Part shown: in pieces, positions 37,082 to 47,026 of the stretch
Layout: every line of letters begins with the position of its first letter
Numbering within the stretch: the first letter of the stretch is position 1
Program-made: the position numbers and the translations under genes
The notes under the pieces: generated by a model
The model's input: the letters and a program-made list of their open reading frames with translations, nothing else
Told to the model about the DNA's origin: nothing
Databases searched by the model: none
NCBI GenBank assembly: GCA_016935525.1
Contig: JAFGQU010000022.1
Location: 12,471 to 76,470 of the forward strand
DNA: 64,000 nt
Direction: 5' to 3'
Source of the DNA: Candidatus Omnitrophota bacterium
GTDB taxonomy: Bacteria > Omnitrophota > Gorgyraeia > Duberdicusellales > 4484-171

Positions 37082-37924
37082 TCAGTCTGTCCAAAATTCT
37101 CCGAACATATACCATTGAGAAGGATATTTTTTTATGTAGCTTCCCAGTATTCCGGCGCATTCGTCTAACAGTTCGCTTTCAGTCTTTAATCCGTCTCCTT
37201 TCAACGGAGAGATCGCTTTTTCAAAAATCAAACGATAATGATCTCTATTTTCACGGATCATAAACGTCGGGACGATATATGACCGGCTGCGCAGGGCGAA
37301 CCGTACCGGTCCCTTCGGCAATTTGCAGGCATGGTCAAGCAGAGTTACCTTTTCTCCATTACCGAAAAAATCCCGGTCACCTACGATAGCTATTATACCG
37401 CCTTCGGCTAAATAACGAAAACAAGTTTTTACTTCGTCGGTGGAGATGATTTTTACTTTACAGAGATTCCGTTGATGATTAAAAAAACGGTTTACTCTGG
37501 GGTTTTTATGCGGCAAAGCTAATCCGGCAACCGGGTAACCCGACATGCCCATAACCGCGGCACCTAATTCGTAATTGCCCAGATGGGCGCTGTAGATAAT
37601 AATGCTTTTGCCTTCCTGACGTAACCGGTCGACGATCTCCCGGTGCTCTATCTTTACGTATCGGGTTATAAACTTCGGGTTGATCCGGGAAAAACGAAAG
37701 AAATCGACAAGATAATAGGTGAAATTTATGAATATCATGCGTACGTGTGCGGCAAGTTTCTTTTTATCATCGCCGATGACCGGTTTAAGGTTATTGCTGA
37801 TCACGACAAAATCCCGTTTCGCACATAGAAACTGTAGATTCCCTAAAAGATAGGCCAGGAGATACCCTACCCGCCGGGGAAGGATTAATGCGAGGAATCT
37901 CCCTAGAAGAAACAGAAAATACAT
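37082..37924 (-). CDS. Lysophospholipid acyltransferase (LpxL/PatA-like)
   Basis: SAHLGNYEL, IVGDRD, LPKGP, YPSQWYMF. Confidence 0.85.
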   Translation of the reverse strand: MYFLFLLGRFLALILPRRVGYLLAYLLGNLQFLCAKRDFVVISNNLKPVIGDDKKKLAAHVRMIFINFTYYLVDFFRFSRINPKFITRYVKIEHREIVDRLRQEGKSIIIYSAHLGNYELGAAVMGMSGYPVAGLALPHKNPRVNRFFNHQRNLCKVKIISTDEVKTCFRYLAEGGIIAIVGDRDFFGNGEKVTLLDHACKLPKGPVRFALRSRSYIVPTFMIRENRDHYRLIFEKAISPLKGDGLKTESELLDECAGILGSYIKKYPSQWYMFGEFWTD

Positions 37925-37925
37925 A

Positions 37926-39038
37926 TTATAGTTTTTTTTGATTTAAAGTAACATCGGCAATATGCAATGCCGCGTCGCTCAACGCGGTCTGTTTTGCCGA
38001 TTCTTTTAAAACCGATAATTGGCGGGGATTATTGAGCAGCATATTCACCGTAACCGGTATCTGGATGAGATTAGTGATCCGGATGATTGCCTGTCGGTTT
38101 TCAAGGTAACGGACATTACGATCTTCCTGTCCCGGAATAGGATTTACTACTAAGGTGCCGATCCCTTTGGTCAGAGCTTCCGAAATGGTTAATCCCCCGC
38201 CTTTGGTAATCAAGATATCCGAAAAATCCATCAGTTTATTTATAAAATCGACATATCCATACGCAAAGATTTTTTTGCGGAATTTTTTACGGGAAACCCA
38301 TTCATAAAGCTTCTTATTCCGGCCGCAGACGACGATCAATTGAAGCTGCCGTGGCAATTCTTCCATGAGTTTGATGATCTGTTTGATCGGGCCGATTCCT
38401 AACCCTCCGCCCATGATCATTATCGTTTTGGTATCGAATGCAAACCCGAATTCCGCGGCAATCGCTTCGCGAGGATGGTTTTGGCTGAATTGATAAGAAA
38501 TAGGGATGCCTGCCACCTTGATCTTTTCCTGAGGAACCCCTTCTTTTACTAAAATCTGCTTGGCTTCCTGACAGGCTACCGTATAGATGCTGATCTGTGG
38601 ATGGATCCAGAACCGATGAGGATAATAATCGGTTACTACCGCGATCAGGGGGATATCAAGTTTATATTTCTTTTTTATATCGCCGGCGATACGACAGGGA
38701 AATGCCTGAGTAGCCAGAATAGCCCCCGGCTGGTAATCATTTAAAAGTTTGTAAATTTTAGGGATAGCAAATATATTTACGATATTCTGGAGAGGCGAGG
38801 CGGCTTTTACGACCGTCTTACGGTCATATAATGATCCCCAGATAAACGGAGCATGTTTTATCGTGAGCATATAAAAGAAGTCGATACAACGTTCCAGACG
38901 CGGAGTAACATATCCGAACCCGTTAATGTTCTTTATATCTAAAGAAGGTTCACGAAACCGAAACGCTTCTTCAAGGTTTTCGCTTGCTTTTTTATGGCCG
39001 CCATATTGGGAAATGTGTAAAAGCAATAATCGTTTCAT
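37926..39038 (-). CDS. MGDG synthase / UgtP-like diacylglycerol glycosyltransferase (GT28)
   Basis: GGHKKA, VVTDY, GIPI, MGGGLG, VCGRN, ITKGGGLTISEA, PIPGQEDRN. Confidence 0.88.
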   Translation of the reverse strand: MKRLLLLHISQYGGHKKASENLEEAFRFREPSLDIKNINGFGYVTPRLERCIDFFYMLTIKHAPFIWGSLYDRKTVVKAASPLQNIVNIFAIPKIYKLLNDYQPGAILATQAFPCRIAGDIKKKYKLDIPLIAVVTDYYPHRFWIHPQISIYTVACQEAKQILVKEGVPQEKIKVAGIPISYQFSQNHPREAIAAEFGFAFDTKTIMIMGGGLGIGPIKQIIKLMEELPRQLQLIVVCGRNKKLYEWVSRKKFRKKIFAYGYVDFINKLMDFSDILITKGGGLTISEALTKGIGTLVVNPIPGQEDRNVRYLENRQAIIRITNLIQIPVTVNMLLNNPRQLSVLKESAKQTALSDAALHIADVTLNQKKL

Positions 39039-39046
39039 GCTGAATC

Positions 39047-40207
39047 CTATCGAGAGAATGCTGAAATAAAAGCGTTCACAACCTGGGGATGAAACTGTAC
39101 TCCGGAATTTTTTTTAATTTCTGCGATCGCCTCATCATGGGTCAAAGCTTTACGGTACGGCCGTTCAGTAGTCATCGCGTCATAGGCATCGGCGACTGAA
39201 ATAACCGCGGCGATCATCGGGATTTTTTTACCGGATAACCCTTGAGGATATCCTTCCCCGTCATAACGTTCATGATGATACTTTACTCCCAGAATCACCT
39301 GATTGAGGTCTTTTATCGGAGAAAGGATGCCTTCTCCTACCAGCGGATGAGTTTTAATCGAAGCCCATTCGGTTTCGTTTAAACTTTCCTGTTTGTTCAG
39401 TATCTGTTCCGGCACGCCGATCTTTCCGATATCATGCAGGAGCGCGGCAATACGCAGATGAGAGGTAAATTCTTCCCAGTTCCGGATCTTTCTCATCTTA
39501 CGCAGTTGGTTGGCGATGACCATCGAATAATCGACGACTCGTTTGGTATGTCCCGAAGTATAGTGGTCTTTCGCTTCAATCGCCTCAGCCAGCGTCGATA
39601 TCGTCTGGACGAAAAGATTCTGATTTTTCTCAAGCTGTATCGTAAGGTCTTCAAACAAACTGGCATTTCGTATTGCCATCGCCACATCCGAAGAAAGGAT
39701 AGAAAGAAACGTGAGTTCGTCGGTCCCGAAAGATTTCTTATCTTTTTTCTCGCCTAACACGAATACTCCGAAAAACTCGTCACGGAAGAATATCGGGATG
39801 GCTATCCTTGCTTTATAGACCTTCAATTGTTGATGCAGTTGTTCTAAAAGCTTCTTTTCTTCGGGCGACTCCAGGATTTTTTTACTTTTCAGACGGGACT
39901 GGATCCGTTCGGTAATAAGAAACAGATTATCGTGGCCGGGAACGTGATAAGTAAGAAAATATTTGATTAAAGGCGACTCCGAAGATATCTTGATCAGTCC
40001 GGAAGGGACTTTTGTCCCTTTTTTGCCCTGACTGATCGTAAGAATATAGGATTTTTTCTGTTGGTCAAAAAGGAATATCCCGGCATGAGATACCTTCAGA
40101 CAACGTAACACGGTGCGGATGATGAGTTTGATCAAGGTGTCGGTACGATGTATCAGGATCATTCGGCGAGCCGCTTTTTCAAGCTCTTTACGATAAGTTA
40201 TTTTCAT
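39047..40207 (-). CDS. GAF plus HD-GYP phosphodiesterase
   Basis: AKDHYTSGH, LHDIGKIG, HHERYDGEGYP, VADAYDAMT..RPYR. Confidence 0.92.
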   Translation of the reverse strand: MKITYRKELEKAARRMILIHRTDTLIKLIIRTVLRCLKVSHAGIFLFDQQKKSYILTISQGKKGTKVPSGLIKISSESPLIKYFLTYHVPGHDNLFLITERIQSRLKSKKILESPEEKKLLEQLHQQLKVYKARIAIPIFFRDEFFGVFVLGEKKDKKSFGTDELTFLSILSSDVAMAIRNASLFEDLTIQLEKNQNLFVQTISTLAEAIEAKDHYTSGHTKRVVDYSMVIANQLRKMRKIRNWEEFTSHLRIAALLHDIGKIGVPEQILNKQESLNETEWASIKTHPLVGEGILSPIKDLNQVILGVKYHHERYDGEGYPQGLSGKKIPMIAAVISVADAYDAMTTERPYRKALTHDEAIAEIKKNSGVQFHPQVVNAFISAFSR

Positions 40208-40275
40208 GAGTTTGTATCAATCGTATTGTCAGCGGAAGGCCTCATCTCCCTTTGAGATCAGTGAGAAAAAACGTA

Positions 40276-40632
40276 TCAATTCATATATTTGCCGATCAAC
40301 GTATCCAGCGATTCCAATTCTATCGGTTTTACCAGATAATCGATCACACCGAATTTTTTTGCCCGTACAATCGATTCTTTATCGTCTTTGGCGGTAATCA
40401 TGATGACTTTTGTATCGTGGGAGGAGTTGCGGATATGTTCTAAGATATAGAAACCGTCTTCCCCGGGCATTTTTACATCCAACAATACTAACTGAGGGTT
40501 CTCGGCATCGAATATCTCCAGTGCCGATTGGGCCTCCGTGGCGGTGAACGCTTTAAATCCTTTACGTTTCAAAAAATTCTTAAAAAATTCAACTACTTCG
40601 ACTTCGTCATCGACAATCAATATTTTACTCAT
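40276..40632 (-). CDS. Single-domain response regulator
   Basis: ILIVDDE, LLDVKMPG, MITA, YLVKP. Confidence 0.92.
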   Translation of the reverse strand: MSKILIVDDEVEVVEFFKNFLKRKGFKAFTATEAQSALEIFDAENPQLVLLDVKMPGEDGFYILEHIRNSSHDTKVIMITAKDDKESIVRAKKFGVIDYLVKPIELESLDTLIGKYMN

Positions 40633-40754
40633 TGCTCCTCCTTAAGTTGCTTCATCGATCAGGTAGAACCCGGTATAATAATGAAATTTATTATACCATA
40701 AAATAATTTTTGGGGTATATTTTCCTTACTGGATAACGGCTAAACGGCTTCCGG

Positions 40755-42002
40755 TTATTCCGACTCGAGGGTAAGTTTGGTTATGATCTCGGCGATGGTA
40801 GGATGCATAAAAACGCTCTTTTTTAAGCTATCGATGGACATTCGGTTGCGTATCGCATAGGCAAAAATACTGATAAGCTCACAGGCCCCCCGGGAAAGAA
40901 GCGTGGCTCCCAAGAGGGCTCCTTTTTCATCTATAAGGATTTTAAGGTAACCTCCATCGTCATGGTATACCGATGATGACGAAAATGGGCGAAAATGGGT
41001 TTTAAGAGCGCGGTACGCTGTTCTTTCCTGTTCTAACTGCTCCTCTTGGATTCCTACCTGGGCCAGTTGAGGAATAGTAAAAACACCTTCCGGAATACCC
41101 ATAACACTGTATTTCTGGCTGTTTCCGGCAATATTTTCTACGCAGATACGGCCCTGATATTCTCCGATATAGGCATACATCTTTTCTGCGGTCACATCGC
41201 CGCAGGCGTAAATATGCGGCAGGTTTGTCTGACAGAATTCATTAGTAAGGACCCTTTGCGACTGATCACGTTGTATCCCGATAGCATCCAGGTTAAGCCC
41301 CTGAGTATGCGGCACTCTGCCTGCGGCAAGCAGGACCATATCATATTCGTTGAAATCATATTGAGCGGCATCGGCCCCGGTATGAATATCGATGCCTTCG
41401 CGGGACATGTACGTTTTTAACCTTTGAACGATTGAACTGTCAAATCCTAAAAGGATCCGTGGTTCTTTTTCTATGACGGTCACCTTCCGGGAAAGAGTAT
41501 GTAAGAGCGAGGCGAATTCCACGCCGATAGCTCCTCCGCCGACAATAAGGAATTTTCCGGGCAGGGTTTTAAACGAAAAAAGAGTTTCGGCAAAGAATAT
41601 CTTTTTATTGTCTACTCCCAGAAAATCTCTGGGATGAGAACCGGTCGCGATAATATAATATTGAGATTGGATCCTTTTTTCTCCGACGGCGATCTCCCGG
41701 TCATTTATAAACCGGGCCGAGCCCCATAAAAATTCCAGCCCTTGGGTGTGAAGGAATTGGAGCGACTTTTTTTTAATGGATCCGACCAGTTTTTCTTTTT
41801 CCTCATAAAGCCGGGCGGGATTTTTTTCGTATCCCCCGTGGTGAAGATACAGTTTGGCGGGGATGCAACCCCGGTTAAGGCAGGTCCCGCCGTATAGAGC
41901 GGGATCTACATCGATCAGGACGGTCTTTTTTTTCTTTTTCAATGCCTGCCGGGCGGCTTCGATCCCTGCGGCTCCGGCTCCGATTATTACGATATCGTAC
42001 AT
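40755..42002 (-). CDS. Dihydrolipoamide dehydrogenase-like flavoprotein
   Basis: GGTCLNRGCIP, IVGGGAIG, IYACGD, HPTIAE. Confidence 0.85.
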   Translation of the reverse strand: MYDIVIIGAGAAGIEAARQALKKKKKTVLIDVDPALYGGTCLNRGCIPAKLYLHHGGYEKNPARLYEEKEKLVGSIKKKSLQFLHTQGLEFLWGSARFINDREIAVGEKRIQSQYYIIATGSHPRDFLGVDNKKIFFAETLFSFKTLPGKFLIVGGGAIGVEFASLLHTLSRKVTVIEKEPRILLGFDSSIVQRLKTYMSREGIDIHTGADAAQYDFNEYDMVLLAAGRVPHTQGLNLDAIGIQRDQSQRVLTNEFCQTNLPHIYACGDVTAEKMYAYIGEYQGRICVENIAGNSQKYSVMGIPEGVFTIPQLAQVGIQEEQLEQERTAYRALKTHFRPFSSSSVYHDDGGYLKILIDEKGALLGATLLSRGACELISIFAYAIRNRMSIDSLKKSVFMHPTIAEIITKLTLESE

Positions 42003-42907
42003 TGTCTGAACGAAAGGTTATAGTCGTCGACCGTTTTCTTTATCCGGGCATCAAGAGGGATCTCAATGATCTTTTCTATTCCGTCCTTTGAAATGATACA
42101 AGGAACTCCCATAGCAATATCCGAGACTCCGTATTCTCCGTCAAGACAGACCGAAACCGGAATCAGGCTGTGGGTATCAAGAGCGATCGATGCGACAAGG
42201 TCAGCGCAGGCTAAAGACGGCGCAAAATAGGCGCTGCGGCTTTTCAATTGGTCCACTATTTCTTTTCCGCGCAGTGTTACGCGGGACGAGACTTCTTCCT
42301 GTTCTGAGGGAGTAAGAAAATCGGTTATCGGAAGGTTGTTGTATTTTGAATACTCCAGAAGTGGAAGCATATCTTTACTATGCGGGCCGATTACCAGCGA
42401 GTGGATCGAAGCCGGATCGACCGTGGTCTTCTGGTAGATCAGGTTGGTCAGACGTGCCGAGTCAAGGCCGGCTCCCATACCGATCACCCGGGTACGGTCG
42501 AACCCTAACCTTTTTTGCACGAAATATACCAGAAGGTCAAGAGGATTGGTCACGATGACGACTACGGATTCCGGCGCGTTCTTTTTTATCTCAACAGCGA
42601 TTCCTTCGACAATAGTACGATTGATCTTTAAAAGATCACTACGGGTCATTCCTTCCTGTCTCGGTTTACCGGCAGTAATGACTACGATATCCGATCCGGC
42701 GATATCGGAAATCCGGTGGCTTCCGGTGATCTGCGTCCGGAACCCTATAAATTGCCGGGTATCTTCAAGGTCATAAGCGATCCCGCAGGCGAGTCCCGGG
42801 AGAACATCCACCAGGACAAGGTCTTTAAGGTCTAGTTTATTTAAAAGATGGAAGGCAAGTGCGCTTCCTACCGAGCCGGCTCCGATAATAGAGATTTTAT
42901 TGATCAT
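41987..42907 (-). CDS. mdh: Malate dehydrogenase (LDH-like)
   Basis: IIGAGSVG, ITAGKPRQEGMTRSDL, VTNPLD, LDSAR; start MINKIS. Confidence 0.88.
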   Translation of the reverse strand: MINKISIIGAGSVGSALAFHLLNKLDLKDLVLVDVLPGLACGIAYDLEDTRQFIGFRTQITGSHRISDIAGSDIVVITAGKPRQEGMTRSDLLKINRTIVEGIAVEIKKNAPESVVVIVTNPLDLLVYFVQKRLGFDRTRVIGMGAGLDSARLTNLIYQKTTVDPASIHSLVIGPHSKDMLPLLEYSKYNNLPITDFLTPSEQEEVSSRVTLRGKEIVDQLKSRSAYFAPSLACADLVASIALDTHSLIPVSVCLDGEYGVSDIAMGVPCIISKDGIEKIIEIPLDARIKKTVDDYNLSFRQCTIS

Positions 42908-42918
42908 AATCGTTATAT

Positions 42919-43030
42919 TGAAATACGATAGAAATACATAGAAATACGATGGAAATGCAATTGTATTTCGTTCCGTGAAGCGGAACATATTTCACGAACG
43001 TATGTGAGTATATTTCGCGAAGCATATTTC
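42919..43030. repeat. Inverted GAAATAC / (G)TATTTC repeat array
   Basis: gaaatacgata-gaaatacata-gaaatacgat-ggaaatgc followed by tatttcg/tatttca/tatttcg/tatttca. Confidence 0.65.
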
Positions 43031-44114
43031 AATGAGACTTTATTTTCTTGATTATTGCATCGGCCATCTGAGACGTCCCGACTGCGGCCGGATCGTCACG
43101 GTCGGCTTTTAGATCATAGGTTACCGCTTTCCCTTCGGCAATAACCTCTTCGACCGCTTTTTCGAGGCAGCAGGCTTCACGTGTATATCCCAGATGTTTT
43201 AACATCAACACCCCCGAAAGGATCGTTGCGGTCGGATTCACCTTGTTTTTTCCGGTATATTTCGGAGCCGAGCCGTGGACCGGTTCGAACACCGCATATT
43301 CATCTCCGATATTCGCGCCCGGGGCGACCCCTAACCCCCCTACCAATCCTGCGCATAGATCGGAAATAATGTCGCCGTAGAGATTTTGTAATACCAGAAT
43401 ATCAAAATTTTGCGGACGGGTCACCAATTGCATGCATAGATTATCGACAATGATATCGCCGGCTTCAATATCGGGATATTCTTTGGCGACTTCTTTAAAT
43501 GTATGCAGCCATAATCCGTCGGTCGCTTTCATGATGTTCGCTTTATGTACACAGGTAACCTTTTTGCGGCTTTCTTTACGGGCCAATTCAAAGGCAAACC
43601 GGCTGATATGGCGAGTTGCGCTTATCGATATCGGTTTAATCGAGATGGCACTGTCTTTTCGTATCTCCTGCCCGCTTGCGGCTGAGATCTGCGATATAAG
43701 CTTATCGGTCACTTCCTCACCCTGAAAGAACTCTATGCCGGCATAAAGATCTTCGGAATTTTCCCTCAGTACGATAATATCGACGTTTTTATGAGGCGCG
43801 GCTACTCCGGCTATGGTCTTTGCCGGCCGCAGGCATACGGACAGATCTAACGCATGTCGCAAGGCTACATTTACCGAACGGAAACCGCTTCCTATCGGAG
43901 TAATGATCGGCCCTTTAATGGCTACTTTATTTTTTTTTATCGAATCGAGAGTTGCTTTAGGCAGGAGCTCTCCGCTTGCTTCCAATGCCGGTTGCCCGGC
44001 CAACGCTTCTTGCCATTCGATAGTTACTCCGGTCGCATCGATACAACGCCGTGTGGCCAGAGTCACTTCCGGCCCGATCCCGTCACCTGGGATAAGAGTC
44101 ACTTTGTGCGACAT
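43029..44114 (-). CDS. Isocitrate/isopropylmalate dehydrogenase family (likely isocitrate dehydrogenase)
   Basis: LIPGDGIGPE, KGPI.TP.G.GFRSVNV.LR, RENSEDLYAGIE, VHKANIMK, NLYGDI.SD, EPVHGSAP. Confidence 0.88.
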   Translation of the reverse strand: MSHKVTLIPGDGIGPEVTLATRRCIDATGVTIEWQEALAGQPALEASGELLPKATLDSIKKNKVAIKGPIITPIGSGFRSVNVALRHALDLSVCLRPAKTIAGVAAPHKNVDIIVLRENSEDLYAGIEFFQGEEVTDKLISQISAASGQEIRKDSAISIKPISISATRHISRFAFELARKESRKKVTCVHKANIMKATDGLWLHTFKEVAKEYPDIEAGDIIVDNLCMQLVTRPQNFDILVLQNLYGDIISDLCAGLVGGLGVAPGANIGDEYAVFEPVHGSAPKYTGKNKVNPTATILSGVLMLKHLGYTREACCLEKAVEEVIAEGKAVTYDLKADRDDPAAVGTSQMADAIIKKIKSH

Positions 44115-44210
44115 TGCATCCTTTCCCGCGTGAATCCCTGCCCGCCCTGCCTGAGTACAGTCAGGGCGCAGGCGGTGGCGCGTTTTGATCCGTGGGATTC
44201 CGCTGCTATC

Positions 44211-44711
44211 TTACAATTTAAAATCACCGTATTTTTTTAAATAAGGGATGATCCCCCCCTGATTCACCAATTCTTTACGGAATGAATCAAATTTGACAAA
44301 TACACTCTCTTTATTTTTTGTATGGTTGTAAATAACTCCCCGGTCGCAATCAACCGTCAGTTCATCTTTTTCTGCGATCCCTTCGGTATCGGCTTCAATC
44401 AGCGGCAGGCCGATATTAAAGGCATTACGATAAAATATCCGGGCAAAACTTTTTGCTACTACACAGGCAATTCCCGCTTCTTTGATCACCCAGGGCGCCT
44501 GTTCCCGGGAAGAACCTAACCCGAAATTATTTCCGGCAATGACGATCGATTTTCCGGGAGTGATCTCTTTTGAAAACCCCGGCCGGATATCTTCAAAGAG
44601 ATATTGTGATAATTCCTTCATATCGCTGATTTTAAATTTGTAGCGCCCTGAAATGATAAAATCGGTATTGATGTCGTCGCCAAAACGAAAGGTTATGCCG
44701 TCAAATTTCAT
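44211..44711 (-). CDS. leuD: Aconitase-family swivel subunit (LeuD/HacB type)
   Basis: FGDDINTD, NFGLGSSREQA, SFARIFYRNAFNIGLP. Confidence 0.85.
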   Translation of the reverse strand: MKFDGITFRFGDDINTDFIISGRYKFKISDMKELSQYLFEDIRPGFSKEITPGKSIVIAGNNFGLGSSREQAPWVIKEAGIACVVAKSFARIFYRNAFNIGLPLIEADTEGIAEKDELTVDCDRGVIYNHTKNKESVFVKFDSFRKELVNQGGIIPYLKKYGDFKL

Positions 44712-45757
44712 AAGTTTTTGAAATCCAGAGGGTTACGGACTCTGGTCATCGCAGTTTCCATTGTGATTACTCCGGTCTGTACCAGTTCTTTAAGACAATG
44801 GTCCATAGTGTGCATTCCGTATTGAGCGCCCATCTGCATCAATGAAGGAATCTGCGCGATCTCTCCTTCACGGATCAAATTTCTGATACCGGGGGTGGAA
44901 ATCATCACTTCTGTCGCAAGTCTTCTTCCCTGCCCGTCAGCCCGCGGTAAAAGGTTTTGCGAGATTACCCCTTGCAGACAATCGGCAAGTTGTACGCGTA
45001 CCTGTTTTTGTTGATGCGGAGGGAATACGTCGATGATCCGTTGTACGGTCTGCGGAGCATCGGAAGTATGTATTGTCCCCAGTACCAGATGGCCGGTTTC
45101 GGCCGCCGTGATCGTCGTTGCAATCGTTTCCAGATCGCGCATTTCCCCTACCACGATCACATCGGGATCCTGGCGTAAACAACGTTTTAAAGCTTCCGGG
45201 AACGAATGGGTATCGGCGTACACTTCTCGTTGTTTTATGATACTCTTACGGTTCTCATGATAGAATTCTATAGGGTCTTCTATACATACGATCATTTCCT
45301 GTCGTTCGGAGTTGATCACATCGATCATTGCCGCCATGGTAGTGCTTTTTCCAGTTCCGGTCGGCCCGGTGAGAAGAATAAGGCCGTTACGGCGTTGAAG
45401 TAACTCGTAAGCAATCGGCGGTAGGTCTAATTGATCCATGCCGGGAATCACCTTTGGAATCCGTCTAAATGCCGCCTCTACACTGGTCCTTTGATAGTGG
45501 ACATTAACCCGGAACCGGTCAAGTCCGGACATAGTAAACGAAAAATCAAGTTCTTTGTCGCGTTCAAAAATAGCTTTTTGATCGTCAGTCAATATACTGT
45601 AGATGAGTGATTTAGTCTCATCGCCGGAGAGTGAGTCCATCGTCATCGTGTACAGGCGGCCGTCAATGCGCAAGATCGGAGGTTGGTTGACAGTGATATG
45701 AAGGTCACTGGCTTTTTTATCCATAGTGAGCTTCAGTAGTTCATTGATCGTTACCAT
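44708..45757 (-). CDS. pilT: Type IV pilus retraction ATPase
   Basis: ASDLHI, TGPTGTGKSTT, IEDPIE, LRQDPDVI.VGEMRD, AETGHLV.GT.H, GIRNLIRE. Confidence 0.93.
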   Translation of the reverse strand: MVTINELLKLTMDKKASDLHITVNQPPILRIDGRLYTMTMDSLSGDETKSLIYSILTDDQKAIFERDKELDFSFTMSGLDRFRVNVHYQRTSVEAAFRRIPKVIPGMDQLDLPPIAYELLQRRNGLILLTGPTGTGKSTTMAAMIDVINSERQEMIVCIEDPIEFYHENRKSIIKQREVYADTHSFPEALKRCLRQDPDVIVVGEMRDLETIATTITAAETGHLVLGTIHTSDAPQTVQRIIDVFPPHQQKQVRVQLADCLQGVISQNLLPRADGQGRRLATEVMISTPGIRNLIREGEIAQIPSLMQMGAQYGMHTMDHCLKELVQTGVITMETAMTRVRNPLDFKNL

Positions 45758-45772
45758 AGTAACTTTCCTCTC

Positions 45773-47026
45773 TTATTTTATATATTTTCTCGGATCGGTT
45801 ATTTTTCCGGTAAGGCTTGATGCCGCGACAGCAGCCGGAGATGCAAGATAAATAAAACTATGAGGGTTACCCATTCTTCCTTTAAAATTACGGTTAGCCG
45901 TCGATAACACTACTTCTCCGTCTGCCGGCACCCCCAGATGGGTCCCTACACACGGCCCGCATCCGGCAGGAAGGATAACCGCACCGGCATCGATCAGGGT
46001 TTTTATGAGACCTTTTTTAAGCGCAGCGAGATAAATCTTTCCCGAAGCCGGAGCGATTAACAGTTTTATTCGCGGATGCACTTTTCGTCCGGAAAGTATT
46101 TTCGCTGCGATTTCAAGATCTTCTAACCTGCCGTTGGTACAGGTTCCAATATACGCCTGATCGATTTTAGTGTCAACCAGCTCTTCTATCGGCGCTCCGT
46201 TATCGACCGTATGAGGTTTTGCGATATAAGGAGTCAATTTCGATACATTACATTCGATCACTTTTTCATAGTGACAATCTTTATCCGGGTATACCGGGAT
46301 ATATGTACGGTCTTTTATTTTTTTCAAAAACTGGAGGACCTTCTTATCGACTGGGGTAGTGCCGCATTTTGCGCCGAATTCAATCGTCATGTTTGTGATG
46401 GTGCAACGCGCGTCGATGGAAAGGGTATCAATCACCCCTCCGGTAAATTCAATCGCTTTATACGTAGCCTCGTTTGCCGTAAGGGTATGGATTATGTGCA
46501 GGATGATATCCTTACTGTAGACTCCTTTAGGCAACTTGCCGTGTACGATGATCTTGTAAGTCTCGGGCACTTTGAACCAGTTTTTACCGGTAGTAAGGGT
46601 TACCGCAAGGTCGGTCGACCCGACTCCCATTCCGATCGCCCCCAGAGTCCCGCAGGTCGATGTATGCGAATCCGCACCCAGGATAAGGGCCCCGGGTATG
46701 GCGAACCCTTCTTCGATCACCAACTGATGCGAGATCCCGCAATTCACATCAAACAGGCGGGTTTTTGTTTTTTGAGAGAAGTCCCTCATACGCGAATGGA
46801 TCCTGGCTACGCCTACATTAGGAGCTGGAGCGCTATGATCGATGAATATCGCGTATTTCTTAGGATCTTTAAGAGGTTTTTTGAACGTAGCGATGCTGTC
46901 TAAGACCAATGAAGTCGTTCCGTCCTGAGAAAAACAAAAATCAACCCGGCACACCCCGACTTCTCCCGCTCGTAAAGATTTACCGGCATGACGAGAAAAA
47001 ACTTTTTCGGCGATTGTCTGGCTCAT
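45773..47026 (-). CDS. leuC: Aconitase-family large subunit (LeuC/HacA type)
   Basis: GISHQ, GADSHT, IGTCTNGR, GCGPC.G, STANRNFKGRMG, LASPA. Confidence 0.88.
   Translation of the reverse strand: MSQTIAEKVFSRHAGKSLRAGEVGVCRVDFCFSQDGTTSLVLDSIATFKKPLKDPKKYAIFIDHSAPAPNVGVARIHSRMRDFSQKTKTRLFDVNCGISHQLVIEEGFAIPGALILGADSHTSTCGTLGAIGMGVGSTDLAVTLTTGKNWFKVPETYKIIVHGKLPKGVYSKDIILHIIHTLTANEATYKAIEFTGGVIDTLSIDARCTITNMTIEFGAKCGTTPVDKKVLQFLKKIKDRTYIPVYPDKDCHYEKVIECNVSKLTPYIAKPHTVDNGAPIEELVDTKIDQAYIGTCTNGRLEDLEIAAKILSGRKVHPRIKLLIAPASGKIYLAALKKGLIKTLIDAGAVILPAGCGPCVGTHLGVPADGEVVLSTANRNFKGRMGNPHSFIYLASPAAVAASSLTGKITDPRKYIK

Noticed and set aside
46211-46903. Long plus-strand ORFs (for example 230 aa here and 206 aa at 26684)
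   Set aside because: Antisense to well-supported genes (leuC, amtB)
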